Shown piece after piece: positions 40,025 to 53,798 of a stretch of 64,000 nucleotides of DNA. Numbering within the stretch: the first letter of the stretch is position 1; each line of letters starts with the position of its first letter. The stretch lies in the NCBI GenBank assembly GCA_964016885.1, contig OZ024740.1, forward strand, positions 33,542,001-33,606,000. Reading direction: 5' to 3'. This DNA is from Eledone cirrhosa (taxonomy: Eukaryota). The notes under the pieces were generated by a model. That model had not been told where the DNA came from. It made no database searches and saw only the letters and a list, made by a program, of their open reading frames with translations. Position numbers and translations under genes: made by a program.

Positions 40025-40202
40025 TGTTTCTACTTTAGGCACAAGGCCAGCAATTACCCAGTGCATTACTGGTACTTTATTTTATCGACCCCGTAAGGAT
40101 GAAAGGCAAAGTCAACCTCGGCGGGATTTGAACTCAGATCGTAAAGGGACGTAACTATGCTGGAAAACATGGCGTCCGACCCTCTACTGATACTGCCAAT
40201 CC
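40025..40202 (-). mobile_element. SINE inserted into the Gypsy 3' LTR
   Basis: Present in the left LTR and absent at the matching site of the right LTR (caaataat|gttggtt); matches the 1441-1628 copy. Confidence 0.93.
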
Positions 40203-40429
40203 GTTGGTTAACTTGTATGGTTGAAGTTACACATAAAAATGAGGTTACAAAAGGGAATGGGTCATTGCGCCGGAAAGTCGGCAGGTTAAGGTGCAAAATC
40301 TCACCGTCACATGTACGTGTTGCTGGTTCGAAGTCCCAGGTGCGAGAGAGAGATTTTCTTCAAATCTTCGCAGGTAATTTCTCTCTCAGGACGCGTAGGG
40401 ATACATCCTCTTCTGCTGGCGCTGATTGG

Positions 40430-43400
40430 CTTCGCCCAGAACGGGTCGTAGTTCTGTATGTTGATGGGGGAGGGGGGAGAAATAGGCGAATGTGGCAAAG
40501 AAAAAGAAGGGGGCATTTGAGTTTCAAGTGTCATTGTGCCATTGTCCAGGTTTGCTCGTTTGAGACGATCAACGGAAACCGTTTCCCTGGAACCCCGAAT
40601 GTCTAGTTTGAAATGTTTGTCTGTGCGAGCAAGCACACGATAGGGTCCAGAGTACGGCCGTTGAAGAGGGGGTCGCACGGCGTCGTCTCTAACGAACACG
40701 TGTCCACAAGGCAATATCCCTTGGGACGGCAGTTTTTACAGTCTGCTTCCTAGTGCCCATCGATGGTAGATCCTTGAAATAAGAGTGAAGCCGGGACACG
40801 TAGGAAGCGGGGTCCTGCGAAGTCAGGTCAAAAGGGGCCAGCATTTGCCCCGGTAACGCCAGAGGAGTACCATAAACTAATTCGGCAGAGGAGAACCCAA
40901 GGTCCACCTTTACCGTCGACCGAATACCCAACAACACAATAGGTAGGTACTCGCTCCAACGTGAAGAGTCCATGGAAGCCCTTAAGGCGGCTTTGAGTTG
41001 CATGTGGAATCTTTCCACCATTCCGTTTGATGCTGGATGATATGCCGTGGTTCTTATGCGAGTGGCGCCAATAATTTGTGTTAATTCACGGAAGAGGTTC
41101 GATTCAAATTGACGACCGCGGTCTGTTGTTATTGTGGTTGGTACTCCAAAACGAGCGATCCATGCAGATACGAGAGTACGCGCTGTCGTTTCAGCAGTGA
41201 TATCTGTCATAGGGATGGCTTCAGGCCAACGCGAAATACGGTCAACGATCGTCAAAATATACGAATAACCACGACTAACCGGCCACGGGCCGACGATGTC
41301 CACATGAATGTGACGGAATCTGGCATCAGGACAGGTGAAAGTTCCGAGAGGAGCTTTAACGTGCTTATAAACTTTTGACTTTTGGCAAGCGACACAGGAA
41401 CGGCACCAAGCAGCAATGTCACGTCTCATATCAGGCCAGAAAAATCTGGCTGTTATGAGTTTTACTGAGGCTAATACTCCAGGGTGAGAAATGCCATGTA
41501 AAGCAAGAAACACAGTTCGTCGATGTTCCACTGGGACTAGAGGTCGTGGTGAGTCCAACGAAGCATTACACAGTATTTGTCCGTCAGCCGTTGAGATCGG
41601 AATGTATTTCAGTTTGCAATGTACAAACTCTGGTGATGTAACATCCAACGATTCGAGAGTGGGTTGAGCAGCTGCCATTCGATGTAAATCTATCTCCTCG
41701 GAAGACGAAATCGATGCGATCGGCAGGCGAGACAGCGCATCGGCCGCTGTATTCAAAGAACCCGGAATATGTTGAATGTCATTCGTGAACTGTGAGATGA
41801 AGTCCAGATGTCTCGTTTCTCTGGGCGAGTATTTGTCTGCTTTAGTTCGAAGAGCAAACGTCAAAGGTTTATGATCAGTGAAAATAGTGAACATTCTACC
41901 TTCAAGTACATGAGCAAAATGTTTCACTGATAAATATATTGCTAATAGCTCCCTGCCAAAGGTGCTATAGCGAGTTTCGGCAGGCTTTAACTTTCTCGAA
42001 AAGAACGCGAGTGGTTGCTGTAACCCCTCACACTTCTGCTGTAAGACTGCGCCCACGGCGCTATCCGAAGCATCAACACAGAGCGACAGCTCGGCGTTGG
42101 GCATGGGGTGGGCGAGCAAAGATGCAGTCGCTAACGCTTTCTTCACTTTCTCAAAATCCGCCAGGTGCGTTGCATTTAATGAAATGTTCATATTCTTCTG
42201 TCGACAGTTTTTAAAATATCTGTCAACGAGGACAGTAAGCTGGAACAATTAGGCACGAATAGCCTATAAAAATTCACAAGGCCCAAGAATTGCCGTAAAT
42301 GTCGAAGCGAACTTGGCGGAGGCAAATCCAAAATTGCCTTAACTTTTTCCGGAAGGGGCCGAATACCATCAGCATCAATAAAATGGCCCAAAAATGTTAG
42401 CGATGTCGAGCCGAAAACACACTTAGCGGCATTAACACGAACATTATATTTCTGTAAACGCCGAAATAAGATATCCAAATGTTTGGAATGTTGTTCAGGA
42501 GAAGAACTAGCAATCAGTACATCATCGATATACGTGTAAACAAAATCGAGACCACGAGTGACATCATCCATGAATCGTTGGAAAGTACTTGCAGCATTTC
42601 TAAGTCCGAAAGGCATAGTGAGGAACTCGAATGATCCGAAAGGAGTGGCAATAGCAGTCTTTGGAATATCCTCATTTTTAACCGGAATTTGATTATAAGC
42701 GTGGATCAAATCAAGCTTAGAAAAGATTCTACAACCCTGCAATGACGATGCAAAATCCTGTAAATGCGGGATTGGATAACGGTCAGGCACAGTAATCGCG
42801 TTTAAGCGTCAGTAGTCACCCGTCGGTCTCCAATCACCAGAAGATTTAAGTACCATATGCAGAGGCGATGCCCAAGGACTTGTGGAACGCCGAATTATTC
42901 CTAATTCCAGCATGTGGTCGAATTCAAGACGTGCAGCTTTCAACTTCTCTGCAGATAATCTTCGAGGACGTGAGAAAACGGGTGGACCTGTAGTGGATAT
43001 AAAGTGTTCAATCACATGATCCGGACTAACAATTTGTAATCTTCCTTGCGTCAGCTGTGGGAATGATTTTAACAAACTGTGATACTGGTTGCCCACTTCA
43101 GCCAAGAAAAAAGCAGGGCTTACTGTGGCGATCTCCGGCTTTGTACCCTCGAACGATAGGCCTGTATTAGCATCAAAAAGTCGTTGTCTGCGGATGTCAA
43201 TCGACAAGGAAAAATGGTGGAGGAAATCCGCTCCCAAAATGGCGTATGGCAAGTCGGCGATAGTAAACTTCCACTTCAATCCACGACGCAAATTTTTAAA
43301 CCGAAGAGGAAGCGAAATTTGCCCGTACGTTCGAATGGCCGTGTTGTTGATTGCTCGTAAATTGATATTTGATTCAGATGGGGTTCTTTTAAGATAACTG

Positions 43401-43500
43401 ACTGGCCAAATACTTAGTGACGCGCCAGTGTCGACAAGAAAAAATTTTTTTGACTGCAGATCGTACACAAAAAGATGACGGTTTGGTCAAGTTTCCCAGA
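40430..43500 (-). pseudogene. Gypsy pol (PR-RT-RH-IN) broken by stops and frameshifts
   Basis: ORF pieces 42809-43468, 42188-42790, 40689-42248 and 40307-40714 are collinear pol domains. Confidence 0.93.
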
Positions 43501-43515
43501 GTTCACTAGCCGCCC

Positions 43516-44138
43516 CTAGTGGCTCTGATTGGAACTCCTATAGTTGCAAGGCGCCCGACTGCCAAAGTTAACATGATACCAACAAATCGAAGGATTACTG
43601 CTGCCTGAAGTGTAGTGTTGGCGAGGAACAGAAGACGGTAGCGAACGGTACTCGTAGCGGTTTCGAGGAATAGCAGACGGAGGCGAACGGTACCTTAAAC
43701 GTTGAGAAGGCTCTCTATGTTGTACAGTCAAATCTTCTACCTTTTTGGTGAGAGCTTCAATCAACTCCAACAGTCTGCTGTCGGCCACAGAAGAATTGCG
43801 TGGGGGGACGCAAGCCGAAGCCACATAAGGATTATGCCGATTGCTGTTCGAGTCCACCTCAAGTATTCTATCCGCGGACGCGGCAAGTTGCTCTAACGAC
43901 ACCCTACCGACTTGGTATTTCGACGAAGAATTTCGTTTTTTAATGAGCCGTAGGTAACGTCGGCGTCCAAATCCGTCACAACGTCCTTCACTGAGAATGC
44001 CAAGGAAACAGGTAGGCCATTGATCAGGACCTTCAGCTTATGCTGTTCTTTTGTCTGTGTTAATTCAAAGAAACATTCCAGCTGCGGAAACCACAACTTG
44101 ATGTCGCCTGCGAAGGACGGCAAATGATGTTGACTCAT
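43516..44138 (-). pseudogene. Gypsy gag, internally deleted and frameshifted
   Basis: LPSFAGDIKLWFPQLECFF N-terminus joined to LEQLAASADRILE and the CWYH knuckle. Confidence 0.85.
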
Positions 44139-44899
44139 GGTGCCACGTATTTGATGAATTTTTGGTGTTGGTTAATAGTTAGCCAGGTGTTGCTGCTGAT
44201 GGCTGGTACTTGGTGGTAGCCGTTTTGAAATACTGCTAATTTTTTTCTTTAAAAAAAAATTTCTAAATAAAATTTGATTAAAAAAAAAAAATCATTTTCC
44301 ATGAAAGTTATGACAGAAATATTGTGCAGGCCGCGTGCTTCAACAAATGGAATATTATGAATTTTATGGACTTACGCTAAGTGAGTCTAGCTACCCGATT
44401 CGAACATTCCAAATGTTAAGCCACTCCACATTGCCGTTAAAACGAATGGCGAATTCAAATAGGCTGCGTTTTCATACTTAATCGTCGAAGGTCACCAATT
44501 TAGCAGCATGGTAAATTAAATGTTATTGAGACACGAGTAACATAATAATGATATCAACAGCAGAAATTAGAGATGAAATGTATGTTAATTTTTGTTGTAG
44601 CACAAATAATGTTGGTTAACTTGTATGGTTGAAGTTACACATAAAAATGAGGTTACAAAAGGGAATGTGTCATTGCGCCGGAAAGTCGGCAGGTTAAGGT
44701 GCAAAATCTCACCGTCACATGTACGTGTTGCTGGTTCGAAGTCCCAGGTGCGAGAGAGAGATTTTCTTCAAATCTTCGCGGGTAATTTCTCTCTCAGGAC
44801 GTGTAGGGATACATCCCCTTCTGCTGGCGCTGATTGGCTGAGCTGAGCCAAATCACGCACAGAGAATGTATGTGAGCCCGCGGAATGTAGGTCACTACA

Positions 44900-47450
44900 A
44901 TAGTGATGGTAATGATGGTGTTGATAGTGATGGTAATGATGGTGTTGATAGTGATGGTAATGATGGTGTTGATAGTGATGGTAATGATGGTGTTGATGGT
45001 GATGGTGTTGATAGTGATGGTAATGATGGTGTTGATAGTGATGGTAATGATGGTGTTGATGGTGATGGTAATGATGGTGTTGATGGTGATGGTTATGATG
45101 GTGTTGATGGTGGTCATAGTGATGGTAATGATGGTGGTGATAGTGATGGTAATGATGGTGTTGATGGTGATGGTAATGATGGTGTTGATGGTGATGGTAA
45201 TGATGGTGTTGATGGTGATGGTGTTGATAGTGATGGTTATGATGGTGTTGATGGTGGTCATAGTGATGGTAATGATGGTGGTGATAGTGATGGTAATGAT
45301 GGTGTTGATGGTGATGGTAATGATGGTGTTGATAGTGATGGTAATGATGGTGTTGATAGTGATGGTAATGATGGTGTTGATAGTGATGGTAATGATGGTG
45401 ATGGTAATGATGGTGTTGATAGTGATGGTAATGATGGTGTTGATGGTGATGGTTATGATGGTGTTGATAGTGATGGTTATGATGGTGTTGATGGTGGTCA
45501 TAGTGATGGTAATGGTGATGGTAATGATGGTGTTGATAGTGATGGTGTTGATAGTGATGGTAATGATGGTGTTGATAGTGATGGTAATGATGGTTTTGAT
45601 AGTGATGGTAATGATGGTGTTGATAGTGATGGTAATGATGGTTTTGATAGTGATGGTAATGATGGTGTTGATAGTGATGGTAATGATGGTGGTCATAGTG
45701 ATGGTAATGATGGTGGTGATAGTGATGGTAATGATGGTGTTGATAGTGATGGTAATGATGGTGGTGATAGTGATGGTAATGATGGTGTTGATAGTGATGG
45801 TAATGATGGTGGTCATAGTGATGGTAATGATGGTGGTGATAGTGATGGTAATGATGGTGTTGATAGTGATGGTAATGATGGTGTTGATAGTGATGGTAAT
45901 GATGGTGTTGATGGTGATGGTAATGATGGTGGTGATAGTGATGGTAATGATGGTGTTGATAGTGATGGTAATGATGGTGTTGATGGTGATGGTAATGATG
46001 GTGTTGATGGTGATGGTAATGATGGTGGTGATAGTGATGGTAATGATGGTGTTGATAGTGATGGTAATGATGGTGTTGATAGTGATGGTAATGATGGTGT
46101 TGATGGTGATGGTAATGATGGTGGTGATAGTGATGGTAATGATGGTGTTGATGGTGATGGTAATGATGGTGTTGATAGTGATGGTAATGATGGTGTTGAT
46201 AGTGATGGTAATGATGGTGTTGATAGTGATGGTAATGATGGTGATGGTAATGATGGTGTTGATAGTGATGGTGTTGATAGTGATGGTAATGATGGTGTTG
46301 ATGGTGATGGTTATGATGGTGTTGATAGTGATGGTTATGATGGTGTTGATGGTGGTCATAGTGATGGTAATGGTGATGGTAATGATGGTGTTGATAGTGA
46401 TGGTGTTGATAGTGATGGTAATGATGGTGTTGATAGTGATGGTAATGATGGTTTTGATAGTGATGGTAATGATGGTGTTGATAGTGATGGTAATGATGGT
46501 TTTGATAGTGATGGTAATGATGGTGTTGATAGTGATGGTAATGATGGTGGTCATAGTGATGGTAATGATGGTGGTGATAGTGATGGTAATGATGGTGTTG
46601 ATAGTGATGGTAATGATGGTGGTGATAGTGATGGTAATGATGGTGTTGATAGTGATGGTAATGATGGTGGTCATAGTGATGGTAATGATGGTGGTGATAG
46701 TGATGGTAATGATGGTGTTGATAGTGATGGTAATGATGGTGTTGATAGTGATGGTAATGATGGTGTTGATGGTGATGGTAATGATGGTGGTGATAGTGAT
46801 GGTAATGATGGTGTTGATAGTGATGGTAATGATGGTGTTGATGGTGATGGTAATGATGGTGTTGATGGTGATGGTAATGATGGTAATGATGGTGTTGATA
46901 GTGATGGTGTTGATAGTGATGGTAATGATGGTGTTGATAGTGATGGTAATGATGGTGTTGATAGTGATGGTAATGATGGTGTTGATAGTGATGGTGTTGA
47001 TAGTGATGGTAATGATGGTGTTGATAGTGATGGTAATGATGGTGTTGATAGTGATGGTAATGATGGTGGTGATAGTGATGGTAATGATGGTGTTGATGGT
47101 GATGGTGTTGATAGTGATGGTAATGATGGTGTTGATAGTGATGGTAATGATGGTGTTGATAGTGATGGTAATGATGGTGGTGATAGTGATGGTAATGATG
47201 GTGGTGATAGTGATGGTGTTGATAGTGATGGTGTTGATAGTGATGGTAATGATGGTGTTGATAGTGATGGTAATGATGATGTTGATTGTGATGGTTATGA
47301 TGGTGTTGATAGTGATGGTAATGATGGTGTTGATAATGATGGTGATGATGATGAGGTTTATAGTGATTCTGATGATGTTGATGATGATGATCATCATCAT
47401 CATGGTGATAATAGTGATGGCTGATGATAAGAATGATGATGATGATGACT
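44900..47450. repeat. GAT/GGT-rich minisatellite, main block (~2.5 kb)
   Basis: Triplet-based units such as agtgatggtaatgatggtgttgat; stop-free in three frames. Confidence 0.98.
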
Positions 47451-47509
47451 GTATGTTACTTTATAGTGAAATGCATTTAATTATTAACACTTTCATATAT
47501 ATTTCACAG

Positions 47510-47717
47510 ATGGGCCAACATTGTAATTGACCAAAGCAACCAGTCTCTGACTAATATAACTAATGGCAAAGACAACCTAAATTTCTACCTTGGCATTTAT
47601 GGTGGACTAGCTGCTGGCAACTTTATATTTGCACTATGTCGGGCTTTTTCTTTTGCTTATGGTGGTATTAATGCTGCAAAGGTTATACATGCCAACCTAA
47701 TAAGAACCATCTTGAAG
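47510..47717 (+). CDS. ABCC10: ABCC10 coding exon 10
   Basis: ttcacag|ATGG ... TTGAAG|gtttga; FYLGIYGGLAAGNFIFALCRAFSFAYGGINAAKVIH; phase 2/0, consistent across the 12-kb intron. Confidence 0.92.
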
Positions 47718-47910
47718 GTTTGATCTTTTAATATCTTCTTCAATTGAAAGATTTTTTTTTTATCACCAAATTAATTTTTGACAAGTTTAATAATTTCTTT
47801 AAGAAAAAATAAATGCTTGTAAATAGTAAAGATTAAAATATCCTAAGGAATTATAATATTTTATGATTTTATTTACTTTTAAAATCAAATAATACTGTCT
47901 TTATTTTCAG

Positions 47911-48126
47911 GCACCAACTTCTTTTTTTGATGTGACACCAATTGGACGTATTCTCAATCGATTTTCATCAGATACTTTCTCTGTTGATGATACCCTTCCA
48001 TTTGTTTTGAATCTCCTCTTGGCTAATTTTTACAGCCTACTTGGTACCCTAGTAATAATATGCTATGGTTTGCCATGGTTCTGTGTTCTTCTGGTACCAC
48101 TTGGTTTTCTCTATTATTTTATTCAG
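47911..48126 (+). CDS. ABCC10: ABCC10 coding exon 11
   Basis: tttcag|GCACCA ... ATTCAG|gtaaac; APTSFFDVTPIGRILNRFSSDTFSVDDTLPFVLN; 216 bp. Confidence 0.95.
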
Positions 48127-49807
48127 GTAAACTATTTAAAATATTTCTTGAGTGTAGATTAAATGCTAAATCATCCTGTACAAAAGTACTTTCTTTTAGT
48201 ATTTATTTCCTTTCAATAAATTTATAATCCCTATAGAATTAGTGATCTAATGTCTTGTCATTTTTATATTTCAACTGTAATCTGTTGTGTGGTTTAACAT
48301 TTCAACTATCTTTAGTAGAGTCCACTCTGTTGCAAGCATTTGGGCCAGGTCTCTATTTTGAAAATATATTACTAACTCCCTCCCACCCACCAGTTGTTCA
48401 GCGGCCTAGAAATGGGTCATGGGCACAGACTAACCCTGAAATGGGCTATGAGCACTGGGGCACTTTCCCTTCCTCCAACCAGTCATGGAAACCTTGAAAT
48501 GGGCTATGGGCACTGTCCCTGCCTGCTACTAGCTTTCAGAGACACTGAAATGGGTTATAGGCACTGTCCCTCCCCACATACCTGACTAAAACATTATGTT
48601 TCTTTTAACCATCATCAGTTTATTTACTATTTGACTTTGTTAGCCTGCAAAATAAAACTTACAAGATTTTAAAAGAATATTAATAATTTCATCATCATTT
48701 TTATGTCCATTTTTCCACACTTGCATGGATTGGACATGTCCTTCTCAGCATGGCATTTCTCCACTCATATTAATAATTGACAAACTACACTAACTTCAAC
48801 CACATTTACCAACTTTCTCCTGCGAGGATATTCATTCATATTTTAAAATAAAAAAATTAAAAAAATCTAAAATTTTAAACCATAATATCATCAAATTTAC
48901 ATTAATCTTTTATGACCATAATTTTTATAGAAATACACTGTATTTCAATAAATTAATGGTGAATTTTGAGGCCTTTATTAAAATTGTCAATTATTTCATT
49001 AAAATAGTTTTTGTAACATTATTTAACTCTTATGTCAAATTATGTTGGAAGATTTAAATATAAACAGAAACTCTTTAAAATGGATGGTTCTGTTTCATAT
49101 AAATAGGCAGTTTTGGATGGGTTGGTATCAAAAGGATTAAGAATCTAGTGATATTTTCTAAAGGACTTATAAATTGTTTTAGTATATCCAATAATATTCA
49201 TTTAAGAAAGTTTCTACTTCACCATACAATAATAAGAGAAGATTTATCAATATGTAAGTGTGATAGCTGGTTGTTTGATTTTAATAACATTACAAATGCT
49301 TAGATAGCATTATAAATTGCTCGCGATTCTTTCAGAAGGATATATTCTTTTAATGTTGCAATATTAAAGAAAATGTAAAGGAAGGGGTGAACAACTGAGC
49401 CAACACCAATAATGGCACAAGGCCAACAATATTTGGGAGGAGTGGGGAGCAATTAGATTAACTCCAGTGTGTTACTAGTTCTTTATTTTATTGACCCCAC
49501 CACAAAGTATAAGTAGCAAGTTACAGCCAGTTTGAACAGAAAATGGTGAGAGAATTGTGGTCGGTTTAAATGCCAAAGGGTTAAAAAAGGAGTAAATATT
49601 CTAACACATTTGTCATAGATAACATAACTAAAGTGAAACAACTACCAATTCAGAAATTCTACTTAATCAGGGTTTATCTTTTCCTCTGTAATAATTAGTT
49701 GTATACTTAATTTAACCAAAACAAACAAAACTCAATATATTTACATATTTTCAGATTACTTTTTAAGGTGATGATGAAATTAAATAATTGTTTACTTTGC
49801 TGTGTTT

Positions 49808-50065
49808 ATCTATATACCTCTGTCTATCTCTATATGTCTCTATATATCTCTACATGTCTCTGTATATCTCAATATATCTCTACATGTCTCTATATATCTC
49901 TATATATCTCTATATGTCTCTGTATATCTCTATATATCTCTACATTATTTATATGTCTCTGTATATCTCTATATATCTCTACATGTCTCTATATGTCTCT
50001 TTATATATCTCTGTATATCTCTATATGTCTCTGTATATATCTGTATATCTCTATATGTCTCTGTA
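49808..50065. repeat. (TC/TA)-rich compound microsatellite, continuing at 50665-50740 and 51078-51220
   Basis: tatatctctatatgtctctg-type units split by RTE and SINE insertions. Confidence 0.85.
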
Positions 50066-50664
50066 TCATCATCATCATCACCGTTTTACGTCCGTTCTTC
50101 CACGCTAACATGGGTTAGACGGGTTGTCCTGTTGTGGGCAGTGTCTGGACGGCTGACCATGCCTTGCTCATACAGGAACTGATTTGGCTTGATTTCTACA
50201 GCTGGATGCCCTTCCTAACACCAACCTCATTTACAGTGAGTGCTGGGTGCTTTTTCGTGGCACCTACACGTCCACTTTACAGTGTGGGCTGGGTGCTTTT
50301 TTGCCGTGGCACCTCCACGACCACCTTGCGGTGGGGGGTGTGGGGGCATATTGTCTATATGCTTCAGCTTGTACCCATGGGAGGTCGAGTACTCTGTATT
50401 ACTGCGTGACGCCAGAGGTCATGGTCGTGTGTCATCGCCTTTGAGAGGTGTAATTGGGTAAGGTCGGCTTTTATCACCTCATCCCAGGTCATCTTGGGTC
50501 TCCCCACTCCGCGGTTTCCATCGACTTCTAGTGCTCTGCACCTTTTTATGCAGCTGTCATCCTTCATATGCATCACATGTCCATACCAGCGCAACCGCCT
50601 CTCCTGCACACAGCATTTGATTCCTCTTATGCTCAGTCTCTCTCTCAATTCATTTATGCTTTGT
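50065..50664 (-). mobile_element. RTE family 1, 5'-truncated
   Basis: ERLSIRGIKCCVQERRLRWYGHV...; near-identical to 39340-39940. Confidence 0.94.
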
Positions 50665-50739
50665 ATATCTCTATATATCTCTACATGTCTCTATATGTGT
50701 CTATATGTCTCTTTATATGTCTCTGTATATCTCTATATG

Positions 50740-51070
50740 TGAAGTTGCATGGCTTTGTGGTTAAGGTATTCAGTTCACAATTGTATGGTCATGATTTCAA
50801 TTTCCGGCGACATATTGTGTCTTTGAGCAAGACATTTTATTTAATGTTGCTCCAGTCCACTCAGCTGATAAAAATGAGTTGTACCTGTAATTCGAAGGGC
50901 CAGCCTTGTCAAGTTCGGTGTTACACTGAACCTCCCTGAGAACTACGTTAAGGCTACTTGTGCCTGTGGAATGCTCAGCCACTTGCATGTTAATTTCACA
51001 AGCAGGCTGTTCCATTGATTGGATCAATTGGAACAATACACATCGTCATAACCGACGGAGTGCCAGTATA
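50740..51070 (+). mobile_element. tRNA-derived SINE
   Basis: A-box-like tggctttgtggttaagg, B-box-like gatttcaatttcc, core ttgctccagtccactcagctg; 3' part shared with 27200-27390. Confidence 0.75.
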
Positions 51071-51237
51071 AAAAAATCTCTATATGTCTCTATAAATCTG
51101 TACGTCTCTATATGTCTATATATCTCTATATGTGCCTATATATCTCTGTATGCCTCTATATGTCTCTATATTTATCTATATCTCTATATGTGTCTCTATA
51201 ACTCTCTATATGTCTCTTTATGTATTTTTCTCTTTAG

Positions 51238-51365
51238 CAATACTATCGTTATACATCCCGAGAAATAAAGCGCATTTCTAGTATTACCCAGTCACACATC
51301 TATTCTCAATTCTCTGAAACAGTTTCAGGATTATCTGTAATTCGAGCTTTCAGAGAAAGTTTCAG
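51238..51365 (+). CDS. ABCC10: ABCC10 coding exon 12
   Basis: ctttag|CAATAC ... TTCAG|gttagt; QYYRYTSREIKRISSITQSHIYSQFSETVSGLSVIRAF; phase 0/2. Confidence 0.93.
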
Positions 51366-51519
51366 GTTAGTCTATCAGCTATTTACTTTATATACAAATA
51401 CATTGTTGTTTTTGTCATTGTTTAAACCCAAATTGGCCTTGATATGATTAAAAGCAATTGAGCCTTGATTCTCCTATCTTATTTTCAGTAATAATCTTAG
51501 ATTACATCATTTTGAAGGT

Positions 51520-52450
51520 GGTGATGGGTGGTTATGGAGATCTAGAAATCACAATGGAATGAGTTATAAAATTATCCCTGATGAAGCAAGAAGTGCATCA
51601 AAACAAGGAGATGAAACTATTCAGAAAGAGGTTAAATGATTAATTAAGTGTGAAGGACTCCTAATTTCCCAACTCTATGATGTGAATGAAACTGGGTTGT
51701 ATTGGCAGTTGCTACCTCTGAAGTCTCAAAGTTTTAACAATGAAACCTCTACACTTGATCATAAACTAAAGAAGGAACATTTTCAGATGGTAGAAAACAC
51801 AGATGGTATGGTAGGGAACATCCAAGTGACCTTCAACTTGTATGTCAAGGTATATCTTCTTAGTGTAATTTCTTGTCACTCAGTATTACTTCCATTATAA
51901 CCTGCATGATGATATTTGGAAATGTTAAAGTTTTGACAATGAACATGAAGAATTACAACCTCGAGTCTACAATATTCAACATAGCAATTTCATGGATGGC
52001 ACTGAAGACTACCACTCTAGTCAATATTTAGAAACACTTCTGTATGAACAGTGCTGAAGACCATACATCACTCTGTGAAATACTTCTGAATGGTGTGGAG
52101 GTAAAATACGATTTTGAAGTTTTGGAGGAAAGAGATTTTCATTGTATAGTTCAGAGGGTAAGTGAAACAGATGTCAGAGACAATAAACATCATAACATGA
52201 CCAGAAGATAGAGAAGGTAACTATGGATAACATGTATTAACAGAAGATGAAATAGAAGATTTTGTTGGTAACATCAGAGACAGTGTGTGTGTGGGTGGGG
52301 GGGCTGATAAGAATGACAGACCATTATCTATTATCTGCAAAATTTTAACTTTCTCTGATTCAAGAATCTTTGATGACATTTTTTACTTAGTTTTGTCAAC
52401 AGAAACTGATATTCAGCCAAATTATCAACATCTTAGAACCTTAAGGGAAC
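51520..52450 (+). mobile_element. Tigger/pogo DNA transposon remnant
   Basis: QLYDVNETGLYWQLLP matches the pogo/Tigger DDE motif (YNxDETGLYW); many stops; boundaries approximate. Confidence 0.55.
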
Positions 52451-53478
52451 TCATTACCCAGAGGTAGCATCAACAATATAAACAACTGAAACTTGCATTC
52501 TTCAATCTGATTTGTTCCAATCCTGTTGCAGCTGTTGAGCATGCTAATAACATTGGTCATCCATATTCTGTTAACTAAGACTCTCTTCTCTTACCTCTGA
52601 CATTTACGTGTGAGTAGCTATGCTAAACCCATCTCCATCACACAAAACTCATTTGTCATCTAATACAGATACATTAATTTAACAATTAACAATATTAATC
52701 TTTAATTCTGACACACTGTAAAGTTAAATAATTTGAAGCATATAATGTTCAGCAAGTTAAACATAAACAATTAAAGGTAAAAACTTGCTGCATGCAGAAG
52801 GTAACTGATTCAGTAAATAATCTGTTCTTTATACAATGAGAATTCATAAATTGTGTGTAAATAATTTGTGAAAGTAAATAAACAGTGAAGCCATTGTTTA
52901 CGCTATTAACCTTTCGTCATCATGTTTCTAATGGAAGACACTGCCTATGTCATTAACCATTTCATTACCATATTTCTAACAAAAAGACATGATTTTCAAA
53001 TAATTTTGATAATAAAAAAAATAAAAATTTAAGGGATTCAGGGATATAACTAACTTGCCTATTATGAAGCTGGTATTTGGAATATAACTTTACATAAAAT
53101 TATAATGGAAGGTTTTGGGTAAATATAAGCACTTTGAAATACATGGTTTTGTATCATAAGGACCAGGAGAGGTTTCAGGTAGTTTTGTATTATAAGGGAT
53201 AAGGAAGGGATCATATTCCTGATACGAATGGCTGACTTGTTTGATGAAAACCTTTAATAAGACAGTAAGATGTATTTGGTATTTAATAAGACAGTAAGAA
53301 ATATTGGGTATGTAATAAAACAGTAAGAAACTTTAAATAGAGGTTGGTTCATACATATTTTCTTCAGAATGTTAAAGTGATAATATAAATATTTGTTTAT
53401 TGTTGAGAACTCATGACCTTAAATCTCTCTGAATTCTATAGTTTATTGTTTCTGGTTTATTTATATATATATTTCCAG

Positions 53479-53648
53479 ATTTCAAGAGGACAATTTATGT
53501 AAACTTGATGATAACCAAAGAGCCCAATTTGCTGACATGACTGTTTCTTGCTGGTTAAACTTCAGATTACAAATGATAGGTGTTGCTATCATTTCTGGGG
53601 TGGCCATCATTGCTGTTATTGAACATCATTTTCAAACATCTAATGTGG
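53479..53648 (+). CDS. ABCC10: ABCC10 coding exon 13 (gene continues beyond the window)
   Basis: ttccag|ATTTC ... GTGG|gtaggt; LDDNQRAQF...WLNFRLQMIGVAII; phase 2/1. I found no further ABCC exon through 64000. Confidence 0.92.
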
Positions 53649-53798
53649 GTAGGTGTTAACAGTTACTTCTTTTATAAGATGACAGCATTTATATACAAAT
53701 CACAGGTGCATGTGTACACATGCACACACATATATACACATGCACACACATATATATATAGTGGACTAGGGGCTTTTGTTGTGTGTGTGTATATATAT

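Larger units (their letters stand above)
39939..44899 (-). mobile_element. Ty3/Gypsy LTR retrotransposon, CsRn1-like clade, decayed
   Basis: 5' LTR 44499-44899 begins TGTAGT. PBS TGGTGACCTTCGACG (tRNA-Trp-like) at 44483-44497. Gag carries a CWYH..FG..A..PC knuckle; protease FLVDTGAS; RT YIDD; RNase [12 protein letters not shown]; HHCC/DDE integrase with GPY motif. Partial 3' LTR at 39939-40431. Confidence 0.97.

Noticed and set aside
44794-47530. 869-aa Ile/Thr and 875-aa Met/Val ORFs
   Set aside because: These are alternative frames of a triplet-based minisatellite.
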